From the NCBI GenBank assembly GCA_002633005.1, contig NMRA01001028.1, forward strand, positions 30,513-68,268: a stretch of 37,756 nt of DNA, written 5' to 3'. Source of the stretch: Phoronis australis (lineage: Eukaryota; Animalia; Phoronida). Shown piece by piece: positions 1 through 12,900 of the stretch; position 1 is the stretch's first letter, and the number at the start of each line of letters is the position of its first letter. The notes below the pieces were generated by a model. That model ran no database searches. It had not been told where the DNA came from and worked only from the letters and a program-made list of their open reading frames with translations. Both the position numbers and the translations under genes were made by a program.

Positions 1-487
1 TATTTTGAATATTGCAATGCATGTGTTCCAAAATCTAAATAACTTGGGTCCTATATTTTTGTATTAGTGCGCGCCAAATGAAAGTAATCGTGAGTGTTGC
101 TGTGTTGCAAAATCTCTTATCCTGGGCCGATTTGAAAAATTCAAAGTTGTACTCATATTTGTTTTCGCTCCTCTTTTCAAATATTACAGTAAAAACTACG
201 TAAAACTCTCACCATAAAAAGTACAGTCTTCTAGCTAGATTGTAATCAGCTGATCATATCCGCATGAGCGAAGCCAATTATCCTCGCTCGTGACTCGATG
301 ACTAGAGCAGCCTGGCGGCATCCCTTTGATCGTGAGCCGAGTGCGACTCAGCCACGGTGGATAAATACAGTCTAGTTCAATTTTCCATACCCCGCCGTTT
401 ACCTTAACCACTGGGGTTAGAACCAATTTTATTTAGTGGGAATGTTCATAGCATGTAAGTGAACCAATAGCAGACATGAGTTAAATG

Positions 488-616
488 TTCTTTGTATTAT
501 GGGATGTACTGCAATTCTGTGCATTATGGGATGTACTGCAACTCTTTGTATTATGGGATGTACTGCAACTCTTTGTATTGTGGGATGTACTGCAATTCTT
601 TGTATTATGGGATGTT
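488..616. repeat. 27-bp minisatellite, ~4.8 copies
   Basis: Unit (t/c)tctttgtattatgggatgtactgcaa; explains the repetitive ORFs at 429-685. Confidence 0.95.
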
Positions 617-869
617 GGAGAAGATTCTGTAGTGTGGGTAAATACCACATTTTCAGAGATAATTAAACACAATTTTTATTCTTAATTCGAGATTTCGAAG
701 ATGTGTTGCACTCTGGGCCAATGGCACAAACGATTTTTAGAAGACATTAATTACAATTCATGAATTACGCTTTGGAGAATGATGTGTTCGGTGGCCGGCG
801 ATGATGTGTTCGGTAGCACGTTCTTCAATAGCCATAAACGGCAACTTGGCAATCAATCGAGGGACTTAC

Positions 870-976
870 TTTTTGATTCGCTCCCCTAAGCAAGCTATAC
901 TGTCCAGTACTTCTTGAACTGTGAGACAGATCTCCTGTATGGCCTGCAGGCGATTGAGCAGAGATTTCTTTTCCTC
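870..976 (-). CDS. MCTP1: MCTP exon, start of PRT_C-type C-terminal region, 107 nt; gene continues beyond the left window edge
   Basis: ttccatgcag|GAG GAA ... ATC AAA AA|gtaagt; encodes [35 protein letters not shown](N). Confidence 0.93.
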
Positions 977-3900
977 CTGCATGGAAACAATTATACAACG
1001 GGTGTGTATTAGGGCAGACACTTCTGTTACTAAAACATAGTGATACACTGATGGAAACATGAAGCAACCCAGACATTATTATTGGATGACAATGGGAATG
1101 GAATAATTATTAGGTGAATTTGCACAGCACAGTTTTAAGAATAGTTATCAAGTAGATAAATTATGTTGTAATTTGTCCCTGGATTAGTCAAACTTTTATG
1201 AAAATCAACCCAGAAGAAAGCCGTAAAGAAAATCACACAATATGAAAAATTGCCACAAAAATGCATTCTTGGATATTTCGCCGATTTTCGAAGAAAACAA
1301 ATTTTGCCAACTTTGTTTTGAAAACTACTCCAATAGTTTTGATTTGCTTAATAAGTACCCTTTATAACATTGCATGGTAACTTCACTTGTACTTCACAAA
1401 TCTCTCACCTGAGTTTCATCCTCGTCCTCCTCATTACCCACCCCTGTCTCACCTGTCTCGTCTACCTGCAAAGGTGAACAGAGTAATCGCAAACTTGATG
1501 AGCAACTTCAGATAAAAATTGTAGACTAGAAAACTTGAATGTCTTTTTGCAATAAAAATGGGCTAAGACTTTGGAAATACTGTCAGATTATCATTGCTGG
1601 TCACTGAGCTAAACTATAGTTGGAGTCCTACTCAATGTACTTTATACATAATAGTTACTACCAACACTTTTATCGTCACAGTCCGTCCTGAGTAGATAAC
1701 ACGCTCACACCATATTCCTTGCCAAACCTCAAGTCTTTGTTTGGCGGATGACATGCTGTTTCACGCCCCTATACATTACGCTAGTGATGTTATGTTTCTT
1801 AATGAAACTGAAGACAAGTGTTGTGATCATTAAGACAAAAGGCCAAACATTATGAGTGGTAGTTTAGTATTCAAATCTGTTAATAACACCCTGTCCAGTT
1901 AATAGTTGCAGAAGACTCTCAGTTTGCAACATGGCTATTTCGCGTTATGTGAAAAAGAGGCTGGATCTGTAACTCAAACCAGATGGTGTTGACAATTAGT
2001 GGATACATGCCGGAGAAAATAAAAAATTAGGTCATACGTAGCCCGTTTCAGCGTGGGACAAAGCAAAATAATACAGTGCTTGGTAGCCGGCAGAGTTTAA
2101 CACACTTGGCGCAGACTGACAGAGCAGAAAGCACACCACTAGAAGCCGTCATGTTTAATAAATGATAGCCAAGATTTGAGTACAGAAGAATCAGTACACA
2201 TGGTCATAGTTCAAATGTATTAATCACCTTAACCGACAGGCCAACACATGCACTTCAGTGGAGACAGACAGTGGAGCTGGTATTGTTCTCATGGACAACT
2301 TGATGACATATTATGAAGATTCTAAGTGGTCACTCGAAGACATGCCTGGAGCATGTTTCATTTATTTACCATGATGTTGTTTTAGAGAGTCTAAACAGAT
2401 AACTCAGATAAAGTTTTGAGTACTGTAAGCCTTCGTTTAGACCATGTGTAAAAAAACGTTAGCAATTTGAAATAGTGAAAGCGGCCACTGGTACCAAGCT
2501 AGACTCTAAGGTAGTCAACAGGCCAAAATCGGATAACAGCAGAGTCCATTCAATTAGACATTCCATTAGCTTTTAATATCAACTGATATACCAGACAGGA
2601 TCTCTGGCAGTCTGTAGCTGGCATACATCTGTTGGGGCAGATCTTGGCTATGGCTATTGAACAAAATCTACATTATTATTATTATGATTCCATAAAATTC
2701 ATCACCACTTACTATTGGTTGTATCTGTGGATTCTCCTTGTAGAAAGACTGTCTAACTTGACTGATGAAGAAATTCCATAAGAAAAGCAGTATCAATGTA
2801 ACGGGCAACATGTAGAGCTCGAAGTTCCACACCGCAACAAGAAATATCTGAAATCGGAAAAACAAATCCTATTAAATAGCATGGTGTAAAAGACCTCCAC
2901 TTTGGGACAGCGGAGATGGATTATTTTCCATAAGGCAGGAAACTTTAGAAACAGGCAATATTGGCCATCATAAATTCATGAATTATAAGAGAGAAAAAAA
3001 TTCTGTTACATTATTTGGCAGAATTAGTTGCTTTAAAATGCCGACCATTTAGAACCGCATTAGCCACACATCTGCCCACCTACGAGATTCTAACTTGCTG
3101 TGCATTGCTGCAGATGCATCTTGTAACGCTTGTGTGCATTTGATTTCAAACATCATACTATGCTTTTCGCAACCAAATTGAAATTCTACACTGCCTTGTT
3201 CACAAGTCGGATCACCTAAAAATACCAAAAGCGATGCAGACATTGGCAAAGGTTTAATTTACAACAAATGGAAGCAGATGAATCTTAAAAAAGCAGAAAT
3301 GGTCAACAAGCCTTGTTTTTGATCCCCAATATTACAAGAAAATGCTCAATTTGATTGAATGTGGTTACATTGTGTAAAATCTGACCACACATCAATCAGA
3401 TACTTTGTGATGGAGTTGTCTAACCATTGGTGAAGTAATGAGTGTGGATACTTACAACAAACACTACGATAGTTTGAGCAGGCACTTCCCAGTCAAAGCA
3501 ACTCTGTATAAAGTTCCTCACTTGCAAAATGGACGAGATCATACTTGACACCCGACTAACATTTTGTTTCATCACCTACAACGGAGGGCAGCTTTGTCAA
3601 TGGGATAGACAATCGCAGAGAAAAACTAACTATCAAATAAGTTTTGAAGCGAAATGTTTTCCAACCAAATTTTGGACACTGTCATATCAAGTTGTTTTAT
3701 ATGTACTAGATGGTCTAATTGGCCCTCTGATGGATTCCATGCACCACGGTAGTGAGTAATATTTACAACATGTAAAATATGTGCTGCCAACATTTTCATT
3801 CAACTTTTGTCTTCTGGTGATCATTCGTTATTCACAATCCGATACAACAAAATTTGCCAATGAAGATGACAAAAACAAAAATGTCACTTTACTAAGCGCC

Positions 3901-6900
3901 CAACCACTACATCAAAGTTGTGCCGAACATAACTCACAGCTAATTTAAACTTTGGCTCAGCTTGCATAATTTTCTCTTCTCTCGGGTTGAACGTGCGAAC
4001 AACAGCTTTTACCTGAAATAAAAAACATTACTTACAATGAACATTAGTAAAAACAAAGTTGGTTTCGTTCTTAACCGAGACTCATTTTGATACCTACACC
4101 CACATATTTTTCAAGTGGAAAAACACCTCCAAGCTGATATTGTCAACAATTGTACATATCAGAGTGGAGACGCACCTCCAAGCTGATATTGTCGTCAACT
4201 GTACATATCAGAGTGGAGACGCACCTCCAAGCTGATACTGTCATCAACTGTACATATCACATTGGAGACACACCTCCAAGCTGATATTGTTGTCAACTGT
4301 ACATATCAGAGTGGAGACACACCTCCAAGCTGATATTGTCGTCAACTGTACATATCAGAGTGGAGACACACCTCCAAGCTGATATTGTCATCAACTGTAC
4401 ACATCACAGTGGAGACACACCTCCAAGCTCATATTGTCCTTATTCAGCATTACTGTACAAAGCTTTCTAAATTCCATTTCACTGCAAGGCTATATTATAA
4501 AAAATTATACATACAAAACTATAAATTAAAGTTAGTTTCATAAAATTATCAAATACAGTTGAGATAACACTCGTCATACATACAGGATTATAAATAAGAT
4601 CAACCTCCACCAGTATTGCTCCCTTGACCCTGCTCATCAGTTTCTTGTCTTTAAGACCATACCATATAGGTTCATTAATCTTTGCCTGTAATAACAACTC
4701 ACAATTTTGATCCCAGTTGAAGTTGATTGAATGCATAATTTATTCTATGACACAGACATATAAATGATCAAAATTATCATAAAACTTTCTAAAATACTAG
4801 TCTACAAAACATCCTTTTTGATCTTGTTCAGAACTGGTCAATATAAAGTAACCCAAGTCATAAAGCACTTCAATTCGTCTGCCACTCTTGCTCCAAATCT
4901 TTTACGCATTGTCTGCATGACATGCACATGGCATGCAAAATATGAGCGCAATAGCAACTCTGATTTTAGAAATAAACACGAAATGCCACAGATTGTTTCA
5001 TCTTCTCCTGTTAGTTTCTAATATTATTGTAAAGATTCAGTTAGCATTGATTTGCAATAATTCGTGATCTTAAATTATTATGAAATTTAAGGATGAATAC
5101 TCCTTAGAGGTCAAATATTCAGTGCTGACACTAAGTTCAATTTTCAGCAAGCACTTTATGTAATGAATATTCATTGCTACAACTGACCAACAAGAGCGGA
5201 ATGGAGACTTTGCCGAGAAACTCTGACTTCTTATCTCGGTCTTCATCATAAACAGTCAACTCGAGCACGGAATGAATATCTTTTACAGTACTGCAACAAA
5301 ATAACAATGCAATAAAACACACAGTTTGAAGTATTCAAATTAGAAATAATGAAGACAGAATGAAAGGTGAAAATCTCCTGTGATAAAAATTAGATTTTAA
5401 ACCAAACGGTACATTTAAATATGAGAATAACACACAGAGGTATATCACATTAAGCACAATTCTTAATAGTGAATGTTTTACAAATCGTCCACAGTACATT
5501 TTCTCACTCACAATGTGAACACTTTGCCCCATTCAGGATTAAGCGTCTTGTATTCTGTCTGTGTCTGTAGGCGAGCGTTGACCAACTCCACCACACAAAA
5601 CGGGTCACTTTTACCCCCCAGGTCGGCCGCAGCAAGACCTTGAGCCTTGATCACCTTTACCTGCACCCAGCCCACATTCTTGAAGTCTTTGAAAGACTTA
5701 AACAGACCCTGGTGAGAGAAGGCGGAAACTTTTAAGTAAGAAAGTACAGTAATTCTCCACTTATTTCGAACGCTGAACCGAATTTCCCATATTCAAAATT
5801 AAAAGGAAAAATAATTCATAACCCCTTTCGCATGGGCATTTATTTCGTGTTGAAGCTTCTAATGTCAAACGTCCTGATAGTGAGGCGTTTATTCTGTATT
5901 TTGGGAAAAATTCCTCTTAAAATCCCACTAAGCGTCAACATTTTGTCACAAATTCAATTTTTGGAGCATTTATCATTATTTTATAAAAACAAAGAAGGTG
6001 CTGGTGAACTATGCATTTACTAACATAAAATTTAAAAAGTAAGACAGTTTTAAGTACTAAAAAATGCCTAAGTCAGTAAAACTGTGACTTNCCCCGCCTT
6101 TTCTATTAATTTAGTGTTACTAAACACCTGAAAATTTTCATTTTCCGAACACACGCCCATGGGCTTATTTATGGAAAACCACGGTAGTGGTGAACTGATA
6201 TAGCACAACAGTTATTCAACCATTGTTTCGAGGGTATTGCTTCACATTTGCATGAAATACAAACAGGTGAGATTAAACACCATGCGTGAGATTCAGAGAA
6301 AAAAGAAGGAGTTTGCAAAAATTATGACACTTGTTAAGAAAGATTCTGCTCTTGACAAAACAATTGTATTTAAATAACAGTCTGAATGTGGTTAGTAAGA
6401 AAGAATGACTGACATTTGAACTCCATGTACATGTAACTGGACACACACCTGCTCCATGGCCATACTCACATATTGTCTGACGAGATCGTCTCTCTGTTTA
6501 GAAATAGGAGTGTAGTTGGATAGGTCTGAGACAGAGTCGGCGCCCATTGTTCCCGTTATGGTCAGTAGTAGTTTGATGGTGCCAGCACCATCTTCTAGCG
6601 GAATGTCCACGGAATGAGTCATCTCGTGCTCATACTGGGAAAGGTCGACAATGGCCCTAAAGGTAGAGAAACAGTTGACTTTGTTTAGTGCATGCGTATA
6701 GTGAGGACGAAGAGGAGTGTAGATCTGTTTGTGAAGCTTCAACCATCAGATGAGTTGAACATTTAAAGTCTTGATGTTCACTTGGCAACTTCATTTAGCA
6801 ATCCTGCACCAAGGCAGCTTTTAACCCGCCATATTGACGTAGGAGTGGCAAGTTACTGACTTCAGTCTTAGGAAAAAAATGCCATACAGCTGTGGAAAAG

Positions 6901-9900
6901 TTCAAAAAGATGGCAAGACTTTAAAACAACTTTTCTCGTTTTGTCTGCACTGTGTCTAGTGATTCTTTTGCAAAATGGCATCCTCTCATCAGTTCTCAGA
7001 CGTAAACGGAGTATTGCAGAATGGAGAAAGATTGAAGTTTGTTTTTGAAAATGACTGGTAAGAATCGACTGTCATTTCCACATGGGTCTCTCATTAGAAT
7101 GTAAAACTTGCAAACACTCCTGTGTTAATTAGCTACAAATATTTAGCAAAGAAGCATAGTGCAAAAATTGAGTAATGTTACAAAGACCGAGGATACCATT
7201 ACACACCAATGTGTAATATTACTCATGGACACTGCAAATTATATTTAGTGCTAATGAGTTGTGTTAATTATCCGATAATGATAGCAGTAGCAATAATTAG
7301 CGACATTGATTGCAGTTTGATACAGTCAAATTACGATACAAAAGAGCTAGGTACTTAGCAACGTTCTCTCAGTTACACGGAGAAGACTCTCAGTAACGTT
7401 CTCTCAGTTACAAGGAGAAGACTCAATTTATGGCACAATATGGCATGGAGGACTTTTCACAAAAATAATAATAGCAACAACTTTAATTAGTTAACACAAT
7501 TTTGGACGTTCAAAAATACTTACTAGAAGTTTTTAGAAAATGAAAATTACAAGTCTGCAATATTACTGTAACATTCAATGGCCACATGTCCCAAACAACT
7601 GACTACGATAAAGCGTACTTACTGTAACAGCCATCAACAACTACCGTATTCACCCTGATAAGCACCCAGGGCGCTTACATAAATTCGTTTCAGGAAGAGA
7701 GGTGCTTATTGTAGCCCTAAGTGGTTGAAACCCGGTGTCCGAAACAGGTGAAATCGTGAGCTAGAATTCGTCAAATTTACACTCTGTGACGTATCTGTAA
7801 CCTATGAAGACTTTCTCTCTGCATTGCTGTCAAACTTTGTTGTTAAATTCCGCGCATTTTTCAAGAAAAAACCAAGTGCAAAAACTTGTCAACTGATGCG
7901 TCGCTGCCACGTGACCACCGATAGGTTATCTTGAATTCTTGAGTAAAAATATAGTTTCAACTGAACAATTACCTGAAGTCCTCCTTAAGTATTAAACATA
8001 GCGTCCCTAACATTTTTAAGTTCCTGACTGTGGAGTTGGGATTAATTGCATGTTAAGTACAAATCTGCGCTACATCGTACTCCGCAAGATGAGAAAAATC
8101 ACTGAACGAACACACATGTTGTTGTCGCGTGATGTTTGTTTTGAAGTTTGTCTGCGTGAGTGAGCAAGCGTGTGTGTGTCATTAGAGTTTATTTGCCAGA
8201 AAAAAAAAATGCAACGATCTGGGTGTGCATTGTAACTAAGGAAATTAACACAAACAGTAAAGCAGAACGTGTTTTATTAAGCACTTCTTGATCTCATCTG
8301 TTAAAAACGTTTGAGAATTGTCTTGGTAAGGCCGATATGAGTCGCCAGGTGACTGGATGCCTGACAGTCTAACAGTTATTTTTCAGGAGATTCGGGGGGT
8401 ATAAGGGCTTTAGGGTGCATAAATGTTCGCCATCAGTGGATCATTTTGACTTTAAAAATTACACCAATCAAGATTAATTTAATAATTCCTCCTAAAAATA
8501 TTGCAAACATAAGTGCCAGTATTTATTTCTTGCTGATGCTTGAATAGATAGTTCCTGAAGACTAATCTTTGATGACAGGTACTTCTGTAGCGCTTGCTTC
8601 CTGGCCACATGCTTTTAAAAAAGGTCAAGTTTTTATTAGTCTTCGATTCGAAGTTTTCACTTAATACGATGAAATTTGGATTCCTGTTGAGGGAGAAGAT
8701 CTGTATGGGGAAGATACAATAAAATCCCGTTGACAAGTACACTACGTCTGTTATGAAAGGCCAAACCATAATAGGACACGTCCCTCGCAAGATCAGTGAA
8801 ACTTTTGCATTCTTTTTGAAGCACGGCGGAAGCTTAAAGTGTACAGTCACGGCTAAATACTGACATAGCGACGAGGCTCGTGGTCTACAAATTCAGCGGA
8901 CAATGCTTTTTTCAAGACCGTCGGCTCTTACTGATAAATTGAAGACATTACTGTAGAATTTTATATCTGTAGGTAAGGCATTTTTTGCATGTACACGGCG
9001 TTTTTGGACTGGGCGCTTATTTTAGCAAAGTCTGAAAATTTGTGGGGGCACTTATAGGAGCATGGGTGCTTATTAGCGAGAATACGGTATTTTAGATGAT
9101 ATACCATTGTATAACAGATTGACTTTTAAGATGAGTCAACCATACCTGCCCATGAAGTCGTCGCGACCAGTCAGGTCACGGTCATACACAATGATTTCCA
9201 GTTTGTCGGATTTCTCACGAAAAAGATGAAGGTCAAACTGTTCAAGCCACTTGGGATCCAACGTCTTCTGTCTCACCTGGACAAGAGAAAAGGTAATCAC
9301 TAATGGAAAGCCATGCCCAATTAACTGGTGACTCTGTGTTTATATACAACAATGAGGTAAAATACGTAACAGCTATATACAAAGATCCTCATCTGGTTAC
9401 TGTTTCCTATTCAGATGTTTTTAAACAATGTTTATTCTGTGTTACAGACAATTCAAAGGTGCCCAAAATTAAACTGACTATAAACTTGCATTCCATCACA
9501 AAAACATCAGATTGATTTAGACCACATACCATGAAACTGGTCTCAAATTGCAAAATGGAGCTGATTAAAGAACTCCAAAAAAAACTGAAAGTTCGTCATC
9601 AGTTGAGGCAAGACTCTACAAGTTGGCTTACCATGACGTGTCATGGGTTGAGACAAGACTCTACAACTTGGCTTGCCATGATGTGTCATGGGTTGAGACA
9701 AGACTCTACAAGTTGGCTTACCATGACATGTCACGTTATACATCAAGCACCATCCCAATCTCAAGGAATAATGAACTGATTTCTTAGCGAACTCAGAAAT
9801 GACTTCTCATATGAGTAATGGCGAACAAAGAGATTTAGGGGTGGCACTGTGGCCCGCTTTCTTTACTAGAGTTCGTGGGTTGGGATCTCCCTGGGCCACA

Positions 9901-12900
9901 CTGCTAGACCACTGAGTCGGGTTTCTAGCTCCTCAGTCCGGATTTAACTGTATATAAATGGTTCTAGGCATTCCGTGCAATTGGTCCCACATTTGCATCC
10001 TGCACACGTCGCGTGTACCAGACCGCGTGAAATCATTTTTTAGAGACATCTGTGTAATGACAGAACTTCTCCATGTCATGGCACTGTGAGTGGGTGACAC
10101 TATTATTCTAAGTTAACTTTCTATTCTTATAACTAACTTTGAAACGAAAAGACATTAAGTTTGAAAAGTTTGCAACTATACATCTACGAGTAACTCAACA
10201 CTGTGGCCATACCTTGCTCTTGTACTTTTCATTTCCGAGTTTAAACCTGACGTAAGGATCGCTGAATCCGTTGTCATCCATAGGCAGCAAATTACGCCCC
10301 TCCACCAGGGTTACGCTGACAATGCAATCCCACACCTGCGACTTGATTCGGCGAGAGTCCCGTCGCTGAGATTCAGTGCGCTCTCGTTCCCGTAGCGTCT
10401 GCTTGACATACTGTAAGAAAATTAAAGACTGAGTAAAAAATCAAATATAGAAGACAAATTTCGCAGATAAACAGAATTCAACGATGGCCTTTTTTACAAA
10501 ACAAACATTTAGTAAATCTGATTCACTTTGGCATTCTAAAAGTTTCTGCATTCCTATTCTAACAGTTTACAGACAATGAGCGATGTCATATAAAGAATTG
10601 AGCAAAATTTTAATAACTTGCCTGTATATCTGATCAACGCGTTTGCCACAGATGAGAGGAACAAGAATTGAAGAGCAAGATGTAACCCAGGGAATCCCCA
10701 GCCAGTTCCCTAATAGCTAATTTTGCATAAATAAGTGGAGATGGACCCAAAGATTTAGAAAAACAAGAGCAAGCTGAAATGCTCCCACGACTGCAAGCAA
10801 ACTGTGTGCTTCTTGTATCACAAAAATGGCCACTAGATGGCGCATATCGTCCAATCCATCTGAAAACGGAACACGCCATCGCTTCTTTAATACAAAGTTA
10901 TTTACCAAATTTCATAAAAATCTGTCAAGGAACTTCAGAGAAACAAAGAAAAAAATGAAATTGCCACAAGGAGGCACAGCGTCCGCCTGAAAGTTGTCTA
11001 TTGTTAGCTTCATATAAATATACTTATTAACTTTAATAAAGTTCCTGCAGTGGGTTTAGGAGATACAACTACGGGGGCAAAACAAAACTACCACCTGCCA
11101 GTATTCAAAGTCATCATCGTCAACAGAATGGTTTGGTTGATAGAGAGGTGGACGTAAAAAAAATCGAAAACAGTAAAAATGGCTGCTAGGAGGCGCAAAA
11201 TACCACCAACCCATTTGAAAATTGCAGGATAGCATCACCTCACCAATAGATGTTTATATTCCAAATTGTATGAAACTCCATTGAGGACCTTTGAATATAC
11301 AGGGGTACCCGTAAAAAACTAAACTTGCCACTAGGGGGCAAACTGGTAGTCAGAGAAGTACGAAATTTATTGTCTAATGTCGTCAGCTTGATAGGAACAC
11401 ATCTGCCAAAAATCTCATCAAGATCCTGTGAGGGGTTTAGGAGATACAGCTGCTGACACCGGATGCCCAGAAAGAGATGAAGGCAATATGCGACCACATA
11501 TAAATACGTGGGCGCATAACGATCGACATTTTGTCAAGTCATCAAAACTTCTCCATTGCAATAATCATAATGAAACTAAGAGGTTACAATGAGTCCCCCA
11601 ATTCTCAATTTCACATGATTCAAAATTTTCACAGGACAAAAAACCTCTGGATAACAAACAGGAAAACAACTGTCATTCAATTCCTTTTGACAACTAATAA
11701 CATAAACAACTGAATACAATGAAATGCTCAACATCACCACAAGAGCTTACAAAGCCCAAACAAGCACATGAAAATGAACAGCACACCTGAATTGACAGCC
11801 CCCAAATAAAAAAATAGAATTCCTTCACGAAAAATCACCAGAAATCATATTATTGTACACCAAAATTAGAAACATTAAAACTGACGAAAAGTCAACCAAT
11901 AGGTAAGAAAAGAGACCAACCTTCCTTACCAAGGATCAAATTTTTTAATTAATCAATTATAGACTCGTAAACTATACATTTTAAAATCCTTGATGATTGC
12001 AGAATATCATCAAAATGAATCATTTTGTGTACAAAAATAATTTCTAAATCTTCATGATCATGAGGCGAATGTTTTTTAAAAAAATCACTGTAATTTCCAT
12101 AAACATAGATTTTATAAATTTAAAACTTGAAAACACTGCTTTTTAATCAAAAAGCTACAAAAGAACGTCCAGGATTTCGATTAAAGGCCATTTAGCTCAA
12201 GAACTCAGCTGTAAAAAACGAACACATCATACATTCCTGCAGTTTTGACCCCGAGTCCTTATTGCTAACGTCTTTGAAAGAAAAATCAGCGGACACACTT
12301 GTGTGGCTAATAAAACAAAGAAACAGAATTTGTGGGCTTCGTCTGAAAAAACTGTTTGTGGAAAATATAGCGATCTCAGTGAAAATCACAATTGTTTAAA
12401 AAAAACGCAGTGATTTTGTTATGAACATCAGGACATTTTGTACATACTAGTAATGTGATTCCTGTGGTCATCAAAGACTTTAAAATTCAAAGTTTTATGG
12501 GTCAACAATTCCATCCTTGGACACAAAGGTAGCCCAGACCCATTCCCACTGCCAAGAAAACAAATTAAACACCCCACCAATGCACTGTTCTTCAAACACA
12601 GGGAGACATCAGAGTTCTTTGTCATTTTATGACACACATAAAGTCAGCATGGACTCGGCAGTTTGGCTATAAGTATTTAAGATTTAGTCAAATTTTTCAT
12701 GCCGGATATAGGACAACTTTTTTGTAGATGGGGAGGGCACTTGATACAGGCAGTGTGAATGAAACTTAAGCGAGACGAAGAACAGCCGCAGTAGTAGAAA
12801 TAAAATAATGTGAGTTCCACAGATGCTGGAATAAAGACTTCCCATCAAAAGCATAATCCCCACCTAGCAACCTAGCATAATAGAAAAGACAAGACAAGAA

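Noticed and set aside
429-490. 'RTFNSCLLLV' in ORF 429-650 as the next MCTP exon after ERIK(N)
   Set aside because: Only TFN matches the expected TFNW.VP.LS motif. The AG lies in a minisatellite edge without a pyrimidine tract, and the frame soon stops.
8479-8850. 123-aa ORF inside the TIR element as a transposase fragment
   Set aside because: No recognisable HTH or DDE motifs; non-ATG start.
9836-9970. Possible tRNA-derived SINE head
   Set aside because: Only a degenerate B-box-like stretch; no convincing A box, cloverleaf, tail or target-site duplication.
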